Assembly: GCF_001194135.2 (NCBI RefSeq)
Contig: NC_068983.1
Coordinates: 96,856,396-96,890,432, forward strand
DNA from: Octopus bimaculoides
Lineage: Eukaryota
Length of the DNA: 34,037 bases
Reading direction: 5' to 3'
Within the stretch, counting starts at the first letter, position 1; the number at the start of each line of letters is the position of its first letter. The notes below the pieces were generated by a model. It saw only the letters and a list, made by a program, of their open reading frames with translations. It was not told the DNA's origin and ran no database searches. Both the position numbers and the translations under genes were made by a program. This document shows positions 23,270-33,986 of the stretch, in pieces.

Positions 23270-23548
23270 GATGTATCGTTAAAGTGTTGGACTAAGTACT
23301 TAGTGGTATTTCTTCTGCCTCTTTACGTTCTGGGTTCAAATGCTGCCAAGATTAACTTTTCCATGAAGAAAATCTGTAGTCCAAACGTGACAATCTCTTA
23401 AAATTAAATATTTTCCTTTTATTGCGAATGTAGGGTTAGATTTGAGGGAAATTTGGCTGACTATTTCAAGCAGCTCGAACAACCACTTTTCTTTGCCGAT
23501 CATACAAGTACCAGTTGCACACCTGAGTTGATGCAATCGACTTACTTC
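23270..23548 (+). mobile_element. SINE family B, interrupted by a 124-bp insert (23363-23486)
   Basis: 5' part tagtggtatttc...acgttctgggttcaaatgctgccaagattaactttt. 3' part aagtaccagttgcacac...gatgcaatcgactta resumes after the insert. Confidence 0.7.
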
Positions 23549-23932
23549 AGTCCATTAAAATATTGCTGGCTTTACGCCAAAGCTATTGTGTTGGATTGTG
23601 ATGGCTATGGTTTGAATGCAATTTTGTAGCTTTTGAGAACAATAATCTTCCTTACAGCACGAGGGATGTGATTGATAATACTGTTGTTGGTGGTGCTGTT
23701 GTGTTGATGAGCTTTGACATGATTACAATGTATGTAAATGAAACTGTTTTAATATTTGATAATGTTGCTAATGGAGAAGGCAGGGGTGATTACATTGGTG
23801 TTATGTTGATACGGAAGTTACCTTCATATATTCATCAATGTATGTATGTATTTATGTATGTATGTATGTATGTATCTATCAATCTATCTATCGATCTATC
23901 TATCTATATATATATATGCATGTATATATGTA

Positions 23933-23963
<31 letters not shown>

Positions 23964-23995
23964 GATGTGTATATATATATATATATGTATGTATA

Positions 23996-24034
<39 letters not shown>

Positions 24035-24038
<4 letters not shown>

Positions 24039-24455
24039 TTAATATTTCTAAGTCTCTCTAAAGGAGACTACGGCAGCGGTACTGGAAATTAATAGTTATC
24101 GCCAAGCCAACATGGCAGTCCCAAAATTAGGACGAAATTAGGACGAAAGCTGCCGTGAATTAGCTCCAAGAAGCCATCGCCTCTAGCTAGCTATGTGACA
24201 CACGAAACCTGTGTCCTTTATAACCTTCGAACAGGGGAGGNNNNNNNNNNNNNNNNNNNNNNNNNNNNNNNNNNNNNNNNNNNNNNNNNNNNNNNNNNNN
24301 NNNNNNNNNNNNNNNNNNNNNNNNNNNNNNNNNNNNNNNNNNNNNNNNNNNNNNNNNNNNNNNNNNNNNNNNNNNNNNNNNNNNNNNNNNNNNNNNNNNN
24401 NNNNNNNNNNNNNNNNNNNNNNNNNNNNNNNNNNNNNNNNNNNNNNNNNNNNNNN

Positions 24456-24500
<45 letters not shown>

Positions 24501-24702
24501 TTAATATTTCTAAGTCTCTCTAAAGGAGACTACGGCAGCGGTACTGGAAATTAATAGTTATCGCCAAGCCAACATGGCAGTCCCAAAATTAGGACGAAAT
24601 TAGGACGAAAGCTGCCGTGAATTAGCTCCAAGAAGCCATCGCCTCTAGCTAGCTATGTGACACACGAAACCTGTGTCCTTTATAACCTTCGAACAGGGGA
24701 GG
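24035..24702. other. Identical 206-bp sequence on both sides of an assembly gap (24035-24240 = 24497-24702), probable scaffolding artefact
   Basis: No difference seen between the copies. Each is preceded by (TA)n and the first ends exactly at the gap (24241-24455). Confidence 0.8.
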
Positions 24703-24751
24703 TCAGCAGTGTCCCCCTGCTGGTTTGGCATCTGCAGACTAGACTAGTTTC

Positions 24752-24788
<37 letters not shown>

Positions 24789-24847
24789 CATATATGCACA
24801 TACACCTTAATCTCTCTCTCTCCCTCTCCCTCTTTTGAAGAGTGTGT

Positions 24848-25793
24848 ATGGAGTGGGAAGGTGTGTGTGGGTGTGTGCGTAATGGTGTGTGATGTGATTA
24901 CAATGTGTGTAAGTGTTTATATAGTGGTGTGTGTGGGAATCTGTGTGGGGTTGGTGTTAGATGAAGAGAGGTGGCAAATTGAGACTATAAAGAGCAAAAG
25001 ATTGAAAGAAGAAGATTAATGCCTGTTCACGGCGAAGGCGGGAGTCCTGATGGCCCCTGTGCAGAGACAGTTCGAACAGAGACAGATGTTGTAGCGAATG
25101 ACCGGTGAAACGGAAGTGGAGTGAGACTGGGGTGTCATTGTCGAGTGTGATGTCTCGGAGGTGCTCAGTGAAGCGGTGTCCCATTTGATCAATGTAGAAA
25201 CAAGGACAGAGAGAGCAGGATATGCAGTCGATAACATTACTGGAGGTGCAGGTAAAGGAATCGGTGATGTGATAGGCGGTGGTGCTGGGTCCAAGTGAGG
25301 ATAATGTTATCGGAGAGTTAGGGGCAGGTGTGACAGCGTGAGCAAAAGTAGAGGAAGTAGCCAGGCTGGGAGGCAGGAGTAGAGAAGAAACTCTGGGTCA
25401 TGAGGTCACGTAGGTTGTGGGCGCGTTTGAAGGAAGGAGGGAAGGGGTGGTTTAGAGATGATGTGTAAGGTGGAGGAGTTGGTCTGGAGTCGGTGGAAGG
25501 CTCAGAGAATGGTGCGTTCGATGGTTAGGTCGGAGTGGTGATACGTGAGGAGAAAAAGGTGGCGGGTAAGAGTAGGACGGGTGCTGCGAGAGAGCAGAGG
25601 TACGGTCAACAGATTATGGCCAGGCAAGGGCAATGTGAATAATGGTGAGGAGGCTATCCACGTAGGGTGAAGTGGGTACAGAGAGGCGTTGGGTGCTAGT
25701 GTGAATGGAGTGGGAAGGTGTGTGTGGGTGTGTGCATAATAGTGTGTGATGCGATTACAATGTGTGTAGGTGTTTATATAGTGGTGTGTGTGG
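24848..25793 (-). mobile_element. Penelope-like element 3' remnant: linker plus GIY-YIG endonuclease, flanked by 89-bp direct repeats (pseudo-LTRs)
   Basis: Minus strand, broken frames: LLTYH...IERTIL.AFHRLQT...PPLPSFKRAHNLRDLM...PG...CSRCHTCP...FTCTSSNVIDCISCSLCPCFYI...GHRFTEHLRDI...DTPVSLHF...GHSLQHL...RLRREQALIF. Direct repeats at 24848-24936 and 25705-25793. Confidence 0.88.
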
Positions 25794-25841
25794 TGAGGGT
25801 ACCGAGTTATGCTACGTCATCATATATATATATATATATAT

Positions 25842-25845
<4 letters not shown>

Positions 25846-25930
<85 letters not shown>

Positions 25931-25990
25931 AAGAGAGAGAGAGAAATAGAGAGAGAGAGAGGGAGAGAAAGAGAGAGAGAGAGTGAGAAA
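25846..25990. repeat. (GA)n microsatellite
   Basis: Directly visible. Confidence 0.97.
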
Positions 25991-26424
25991 GAGAAAGTGA
26001 GAGAGAGAAGGAAAAAGAAAAAGAGCAAGGCAAAGACAGGAGTATAAACAAATGCATTACATCCATCCATTAAAAAGAAATATATATACGTGTCTGTCTA
26101 TCTATCTGTTTATCTACCAATCAATATAGCTATCAACGTGTATCTATATTAATATACGCTACGCATAGACTAAATTACAACAGGTATATAGCCCATTGTT
26201 TGTATTATAGTGCATTGTTGTACCATTCAAAACTTTTTATTCTATATAAATTTCTGTATCCTATAATATAAAGGCATACACAGGTACACGTCAACACACG
26301 CGCGCACCACACACTCGGCCATACTATTACATACACATACGTATACTTAAATGCTCACTCACACATAGATATACATACATACACAGTTTCTCTCTCACTG
26401 TCCCTGTTTGCCTGTCTGTCTGCC

Positions 26425-26459
<35 letters not shown>

Positions 26460-26926
26460 CTCACTCACGCACATACATACATCATTAAACACCTTCTATT
26501 ATAAAGAGATTCACTGATATTCTCTATTCAAAAGCCACAATCTACAATCTGTTATCCTATAGCAATATGCATATATAACGATACATTTATCATTCACAAA
26601 TGGCAGTCGTTCCTGTGATAGTTCTATCTCCATTTGATGAAGTGTTCTTGAAAAATGTCACTGCTCAGAGGCAAGGCTTAAACGTATAAGGATACATAGC
26701 TTCTTCCTACAAATCTACCCGCCATCAATTCTACGTCATCATGCCTGGTTTTGTTCCTTCTACCTTACAAATTCTCTCTTTCGTGCCGTCTTGTTACTTC
26801 TATGACGTATTTCATATCAAACTTATAATACGATAGCTTTTAGCCATTTTCTTGTCATATATGTATATTACGGAGATGTACTTGCATAGCAAGTGAATTG
26901 ATCTGAGATCGTGTGCTAAAATAAAA

Positions 26927-27058
26927 ACAATTGCAACGTGGAAGATGTTTGTAAGCCATTTAAAAACACACAAAAGACCGTTAGACTCACTTCAACATTT
27001 AGATTTAATTTGAGCCAAATATCTAACGGCTTACAAACATCTTCTGCGCTGCAACTGT
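26927..27058. repeat. Inverted repeat, about 31-bp arms with a perfect 17-bp core
   Basis: gaagatgtttgtaagcc (26941-26957) is the exact reverse complement of ggcttacaaacatcttc (27028-27044). An inner ccgttaga/tctaacgg pair is also present. Confidence 0.85.
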
Positions 27059-27143
27059 AAACATATATATANNNNNNNNNNATACATACATACATACATA
27101 CATACATACTTACATACATACATACATACATGCATACATACAT

Positions 27144-27257
27144 AGGCGTGGCTATGTGCTGAGGAGCTTGCTTCGCAACCATATGGTTCCGGTTTCAGTC
27201 CCATAGCGTGACACCTTGGCCAAGTGTCTCCTGCTATAGCGTCGGTTCGACCAAAGC
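27144..27257 (+). mobile_element. SINE family A, 5' part
   Basis: aggcgtggctatgtgctgaggagcttgcttcgcaaccatatggttccggtttcagtccc...accttggccaagtgtc...gaccaaagcc. Confidence 0.85.
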
Positions 27258-28403
27258 CGACTGTCAGTTTCAGCATGCACTGCTCTCTCATTCAATAATA
27301 ATAACTTCATACGTGCTATTCCTGACTGGTTGCACGCGTGTCGAGGCTTCCTACGGAATTTCTATTTGGATATATTTGAGGTACTTATGTGCATTCGTGT
27401 CGTTGTGTCTGCTTTTCCGTCGGTATTTGTAAGTATTCCTTTTATTTTCATTTTCAGTGCTCCTCACTGATGAAGGAAAAATTGTTTTGGATTAATCGAG
27501 AAATCGAGCCGATACGGGGATAAGTAAATTTTCCAAATTCCTGTTGGCTTGCTTCCTCGTTTCGACACGTGTGTAATTATAATAGTGGAAATATTTTAAT
27601 GTCGTTAGACGATTTAGCGATTATTTCAATATATATATATTTATTTATATATATANNNNNNNNNNNNNNNNNNNNNNNNNNNNNNNNNNNNNNNNNNNNN
27701 NNNNNNNNNNNNNNNNNNNNNNNNNNNNNNNNNNNNNNNNNNNNNNNNNNNNNNNNNNNNNNNNNNNNNNNNNNNNNNNNNNNNNNNNNNNNNNNNNNNN
27801 NNNNNNNNNNNNNNNNNNNNNNNNNNNNNNNNNNNNNNNNNNNNNNNNNNNNNNNNNNNNNNNNNNNNNNNNNNNNNNNNNNNNNNNNNNNNNNNNNNNN
27901 NNNNNNNNNNNNNNNNNNNNNNNNNNNNNNNNNNNNNNNNNNNNNNNNNNNNNNNNNNNNNNNNNNNNNNNNNNNNNNNNNNNNNNNNNNNNNNNNNNNN
28001 NNNNNNNNNNNNNNNNNNNNNNNNNNNNNNNNNNNNNNNNNNNNNNNNNNNNNNNNNNNNNNNNNNNNNNNNNNNNNNNNNNNNNNNNNNNNNNNNNNNN
28101 NNNNNNNNNNNNNNNNNNNNNNNNNNNNNNNNNNNNNNNNNNNNNNNNNNNNNNNNNNNNNNNNNNNNNNNNNNNNNNNNNNNNNNNNNNNNNNNNNNNN
28201 NNNNNNNNNNNNNNNNNNNNNNNNNNNNNNNNNNNNNNNNNNNNNNNNNNNNNNNNNNNNNNNNNNNNNNNNNNNNNNNNNNNNNNNNNNNNNNNNNNNN
28301 NNNNNNNNNNNNNNNNNNNNNNNNNNNNNNNNNNNNNNNNNNNNNNNNNNNNNNNNNNNNNNNNNNNNNNNNNNNNNNNNNNNNNNNNNNNNNNNNNNNN
28401 NNN

Positions 28404-28761
28404 TGGTTCTGGGTTCATTCCCACTGCGTGGCACCTTGGGCAAGTGTCTTCTACTATAGTCTCGGGCCGACCAAAGCCTTGTGAGTGGATTTGGTAGACG
28501 GAAACTGAAAGAAGCCCGTCGTATATATGTGTATATATATGTGTGTGTGTGTGTATGTTTGTGTGTCTGTTTTTGTCCCCCCAACATCTCTTGACAACCG
28601 ATGCTGGTGTGTTTACGTCCCCGTAACTTAGCGGTTCGGCAAAAGAGACCGATAGAATAAGTACTAGGTTTCCAAAGAATAAGTCCTGGGGGCGATTTGC
28701 TCGACTAAAGGCGGTGCTCCAGCATGGCCACAGTCAAATGACTGAAAACAAGTAAAAGAGT
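28404..28761 (+). mobile_element. SINE family A, well-preserved copy (5' end in gap)
   Basis: B-box-like gggttcattccc, ccttgggcaagtgtc core, TA/TG spacer, tail ending cagtcaaatgactgaaaacaagtaaaagag. Confidence 0.9.
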
Positions 28762-29527
28762 ATATATATATACATACATGCACACACACGTATGTATTTA
28801 TATATCTATATATGCATGCGTGTGCATGTTCGTATACAGTAGATATCTGTGTGTGCATGTGTGTATACAGTAGATATCTGTGTGTGCGTGTGTATATGTG
28901 ATTCTTGTATGTACATATGTATGTGCGTACGCATGCGTGTTTGAATGTGAATGTTAATTAACGCCTGTAAGTTTGGGTAGCTGAGAACAGCATTCAATTT
29001 ACGTTTGGACATAGCTAAATTTTTTCGACACGCCTGCTTGTCTGTCAGCCTGCCTGTCTGTCAGCCTGCCTGTCTGTCTGTCTATTCTAAGTTCTTTATA
29101 TCATCAGTCCTGTCTATCTTAATTCTTTATTATCAAACGCTGCCGCTGTTGCCCTAACTTCTCTGTGAGTCTCTTCCTACGTATTTCTGAAGTTCCCTAT
29201 ATCAGTATGTCAGTGTATCTGTCAATCATTCTATTTATCTGTCAGTCAAAATGTCAGTTTCACTGTCAATCTGTCAACGGGTGTGTCAATTAAGTCAAGC
29301 AGTAAGTAGTCAGTAGTCCGTTTGTTATTCAGTTGGTGGATGTGTATGTAATCTTACCAGCCCGTAAACTTGTTAGTCTGGCTGCTTGACTAACCAACCG
29401 ACCGACGACCAACGCCAAGTTATGGTGACGTCAGCAGTATGTTTTCTAATTCACCATTCTCCTTTATTCGCCTGTGTAACAAACTCTGGAATTTGATACA
29501 ACTCTACATAGTACACATACAAACATA

Positions 29528-29567
<40 letters not shown>

Positions 29568-29658
29568 CACGTATTATGAATATATTAGTGAAGACAGGGA
29601 TTTATGAGTTTAAATGCCGCACCCCTTTATATGCACGCACGAAAAAATAAATGTATAT

Positions 29659-29787
29659 AGGCGTGGCTGCGTGGTAAGGAGCTTGCGTCCCAACCACATG
29701 GTTCCGGGCTCAGTCCGACGGTGTGGCCTCAGACCGAACACAGCCTTGTGAGCAGATTTGGTAGACGGAAACTGATAAAAGCATGTC
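29659..29787 (+). mobile_element. SINE family A, 5' half with internal deletion
   Basis: aggcgtggctgcgtggtaaggagcttgcgtcccaaccacatggttccgggctcagtcc...gatttggtagacggaaactga. Confidence 0.85.
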
Positions 29788-29799
29788 ATTTATATATAT

Positions 29800-29957
29800 T
29801 CTTTTATTCGTTTCAGTCATTTTGACTGCGGCCATGCTGGAGCACTGCCTTTAGTCGAGCAAATCGACCCCAAAACTTATTCTTTGTAAGCCTAGTACTT
29901 ATTCTATTGATCTCTTATACCGAACCGCTAAGTTACGGGGACGTAAACACACCAGCT
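29800..29957 (-). mobile_element. SINE family A, 3' half, abutting the Gypsy fragment
   Basis: Reverse complement of gctggtgtgtttacgtccccgtaacttagcggttcgg...aagtactaggcttacaaagaataag...cagtcaaaatgactgaaac. Confidence 0.88.
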
Positions 29958-29959
29958 TA

Positions 29960-30660
29960 ATCTCACATAACTACCCATTGCTGAGTCTTGAGGAAAAGTT
30001 CGCAAAATTGAATGGAGGGAAATTCTTCTCAAAATTAGACCTCTTGGAAGCATATTTACAAATCCAAGTAGAAGAAAAATGCCCACACTTATTAGCCATT
30101 GATATACACCATGTCGTATTTAAATTTAAGCAGCTTCCTTTCGGTGTAAAAGTGGCCCCTTCCATATTTCAACAAGTAATGGATACAATGCTGGCGGACG
30201 GTGATTTTGCCTATCGCCTATTTAGACGATGTATTAATAAAAAGTCAATCATACGAACAACATATAGGACACGTAAAAGGGGTATTTGAAAAGACAAGAG
30301 AATACGGTTTTCTGTTGAGTGAAGAAAAAATACGAGTTCTTTCTGAAAAAAAATTAAATACTTGAGTCAGATAATAGATAAAAACGGATGGAACCGGATC
30401 CATCCAGAGCAACTGCAATAAAAAATATGCCCACGTCGAATAATGTGACTATGGTACAAGCATTCTTGGGATTAGTAAATTACTATAAAATTTTTATTCT
30501 CAATATACACAATGAACTGTTGATGAAAAATGCAAAATAGTGCTGAACTGACAAATGCCAGAGGGCATTTGACGAATTAAAAGACATTTTAACATCGAAC
30601 TTAACGCATTTAATCCGAAGCTGGATATTATATTGGCTTCAGATGCGAGTGATTATGGCC
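29960..30660 (+). mobile_element. Ty3/Gypsy LTR retrotransposon pol fragment (RT plus start of RNase H), Mag-like
   Basis: YPLLSLEEKFAKLNGGKFFSKLDL.EAYLQI...QLPFGVKVAPSIFQQVMDTML. After a +1 frameshift, YLDD at 30219-30230. Then FLGLVNYY, CQRAFDELK and ILASDASDYG. No LTRs seen. Confidence 0.92.
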
Positions 30661-30695
30661 CTTTAAGTTTTGAGTTCAAAACTTAAAGGGCCATA
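30654..30695. repeat. Perfect palindrome, 20-bp arms and 2-nt spacer
   Basis: tatggccctttaagttttga-gt-tcaaaacttaaagggccata. Confidence 0.95.
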
Positions 30696-30697
30696 TC

Positions 30698-31445
30698 TAC
30701 GAGGGGCGTTCATTAAAAATTTCCCCTGACCCACTTCCCAAGGACTGGGATAAACGAAACTTGGCATAATTATTAAACTTTCTCTACATAGCCGCCACCA
30801 ATGGTGATACACTTCTTCCATCGTTTTATGCAGCTGTGAAGACTTCGTCTGTAGAGGTCGGTAGGTTGCCTGTGGAGCCAAGACTTTACCTCGGAAATAA
30901 GTTCATCATCATCTGAAAAGTGCTTCCCCTTCGAAAAAATACTCCATGGTTAGGAAGGAGCGGAAGTCAGATGATGCGAGGTTGGGGAATGAAGAAGGAT
31001 TTCATAGCTGCAGGAGTGTGCTTTCATCTAGGCAACATGCGTATTGTGAACTGAGGTATTGTCTTGGAGGAGGCAGACTCCTTTAGTGAGCATGCCATGC
31101 CTCTCTGCTTTGATAGCGTTCCGCAATTTCTGCAGCAGAGAAGTTAATTGTGGTGCACTTTGCCAGAAAATCCATTGTCACTACTCCGCGCTGGTCCCAA
31201 AAGACTGTAAGCAACATCTTGCCTGCTGAGGGTTGGACACGAGCCTTCTTTGGAAGTGGCGAGCTATAATGCTTCCATTGCTTCGACAGGTCTTTAGTCT
31301 CAGAATCATAGTGGTGGACCCATGTTTCATCATGTGTGATAAGTCTGCCGAAAACGTCCTCTTCGTTTCCTTAGCAAATTGCCAAAAGAGTCTGGGAGCA
31401 ATTTACTCGTGCCTGTTTCTGAAAAGGTGTGAGCATCCGTAGCTT
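30698..31445 (-). mobile_element. Mariner (Tc1/mariner, DD34D) remnant with one TIR; transposase 3' part about 30773-31442
   Basis: TIR-like TA-CGAGGGGCGTTCATTAAAAA at 30698. Minus strand: RMLTPFQK...LITHDETWVHHYD.ETK..SKQW...KMLLTVFWDQRGVV...LLQDN..VH...SDF...GKHFSDDDEL...RWKKCITIGGGYVEK*. Confidence 0.92.
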
Positions 31446-31920
31446 ACTTTGTACCTTCTCGCATTGCTCCGGCCTTACACAACCTTCTTTAAAGTTATAC
31501 CACACAATGCTTCATCCAAACTACCCCATTCTAATGGGAGAGGTAGTGGTGAGTAAAATGTGTAATTTGTTCTTAACTAAGTTTTTTTCTTCCGTTACTT
31601 AGCCCGTCTGTAACGCTGTCACATGATTAGTTGAAGGGAAAGGTGAAGAGTGAACGATAAAGGAGAGAGAGAAAAAGATGGTAATGTGAAGAGTGAGAGA
31701 GAAAGAAGGAGAGTGTTGTGTATTAAGGCTATAAAGTTCATAAAGCATATAAAGTGTATATGAAAAGTGCATAAAGTAATCATCGTATTCCAATTTCCTA
31801 CACATTACAATGATTAGCGGATGAGCGACTATCTTTTGATACAGGCACAACACAAGCTACGCTTTCAAGTTTATTTTGGATAAAGTTTTCACAAATAACC
31901 CGATAAGTTTACCATTAATT

Positions 31921-31947
31921 CCGTGAAATATTCACGGGACCCGCTAG
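31921..31947 (+). mobile_element. Helitron-like 3' terminus (hairpin plus CTAG|T)
   Basis: ccgtgaa-ata-ttcacgg hairpin, 6 nt, CTAG (31944-31947), then T. The matching 5' end was not located. Confidence 0.6.
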
Positions 31948-32534
31948 TAAGTAATAAATTTAATTTATATAAGTAACAAATAAAATAATTTTTTCATTGA
32001 GATGTCGGTAAAAACAGAAATTATATGCACCCAAGTTTAATGTAATATCTCGAAACTTTACTATACGAAGATTAATATAACATATTGTATACGCGAGTGA
32101 GTGAGTACATATATACGGTAGTCAAATTTCTTCTGACTAGTTGTATTGTGCGTAGATAGTAGAAATGAGTCGACTAACTAAAGTGTCTAGACGAAAACAA
32201 AGCAGGTGAAGGAATCTGGTTAAATCTTTTGAATATGATGGATACGAAGAGGCAATAGAGGCTGAAGACGTCTCTTTAATTTACACAGCTAAATAGCAAA
32301 ATACAAGTTAGTTTGGCGTTTGATAAATCACCATTTGTTGCTATTGTTTCCATTGTTACGCCATTTGAGCAGGGTGAAAGAAGGACGATGTGTGTGTGCG
32401 TGCGTGTGTGTGCGTGCGTGTGTGTGCGCGTGTGAATATATGTGTGAATATATGAGTGAATTTATCTGTACGTATTTGAATGACTGCTCAAGTAAGAGAA
32501 ATGTGATTGGGAGAAATAGAGTATATGTGAGAAA

Positions 32535-32540
32535 GTGAGA

Positions 32541-32624
<84 letters not shown>

Positions 32625-32830
32625 GACAGAGACAGAGGGAGACAGAGATAGAGAGACAAGCAGACATAGAAAGAAAAGTAGATAGTTAGATAGAAAGACA
32701 GATAGAGAAGGAGAGAGAGAAAGAGAGAGAGAGAGAAAGAGAGAGAAAAAGAGAGTAAGAGAGAGAGAGAGCGAGAGAGAGAGAGAGAAAGAAATAGAGA
32801 GGGAAAGAAATAGAGAGAGAGGGGAAAGAT
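32535..32830. repeat. Compound (GA)n/(GACA)n purine-rich tract
   Basis: Directly visible. Confidence 0.95.
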
Positions 32831-33984
32831 ATAGAAAGATAAACAGAGTGAGGAAAGTAGTGTAAGAAAGAAAGAGAAGGAAAGAGACGGAGATAGGAAA
32901 GACGAATTTTGCGTTTAGCTTAAAACTTGTGAGACAATAAATAAGATTGCGCAGAGAGGAAAGCGAGAAGAAACCCAAGCCATGAAATACGCAAAGAAAA
33001 CTGGCTGAAGGAATGAGGGTGGGATGAAGGAAACATTAGAAGAAAAAAGCAAAAAAGGTAAAGAAAGAATTTGAGAAAGTGTATTGCGGTGAGAGATAAA
33101 GATGGATTGATATAAGAGGAAGAAGAAAGGTTTATACGCTATGAGACTTATTATATCTACATATCTCTGTCTCATATGTCATCTAAATTTTGTCATATAA
33201 CTCATCTTCATCGTAACTCATCTCTTAACTACGCGGAGGAAGTTGTTGATTCGTCATAACGAAAGAAAAATGCAGAAAGTATTTAACGGAAGCCAGTCGG
33301 AAAACACCCGATTCTGTGTTCAGATCATGAAGTTGTTAAGCGTTTTGCCTTTTTATCCCTATAGAAGAGGAAATATAATATACTGGAGTTACGCATGCGC
33401 ACTTCCACACACACACACATATTTATATAAACACGCATATATGCGCGCATATGTGTCTGTGTGATAAATGCCCCACTTCGTCCCACTTGTTTTGGAGCCT
33501 CTAAAAATTTATTTGAGTGCTGGGTTTCTTCCTGTAAGTCAATGTGAGATCGATAAGTTGCATGTCTCTCCCATAAGTACTAGTGTGCTGAGCTAAACTA
33601 ACAACAACGTACTAAAATACTTAGCTACAAACAGAATTTCATTCAAAAGCAGGCATGTATTACATAACTACTCCATTCGATCGAGAAATAAATTATTTTA
33701 AAATATTTATCTTATTATATTTGGAAACTGACAGAGAATGAATTGATATCCTTCTCATAACTTGATCCCTAGATGAGAAACTGCACTCTGATACATATAT
33801 ATCCAAAGGCTGGAATGCATTTTCTGAACTAGAATCGTAAAAATCTGGTCTAAATGTTCAACAGTAAATGAATGGTGTCTACATGGTATGTCGAAGACGC
33901 CTAATGATGCAAAAATACGAGTCCATAGAAGTAACTTGCTTCCGAAATATAAATGAATATAGAGATCAGATTATCTTTTCCTTC

Positions 33985-33986
<2 letters not shown>

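Noticed and set aside
22500-23486. CRISPR-like repeat-spacer array
   Set aside because: Eukaryotic context, long degenerate units, related spacers and no cas genes.
33740-33900. Possible small exon (ccctag...atg/gtatgt)
   Set aside because: Every frame between the candidate acceptor and donor contains a stop.
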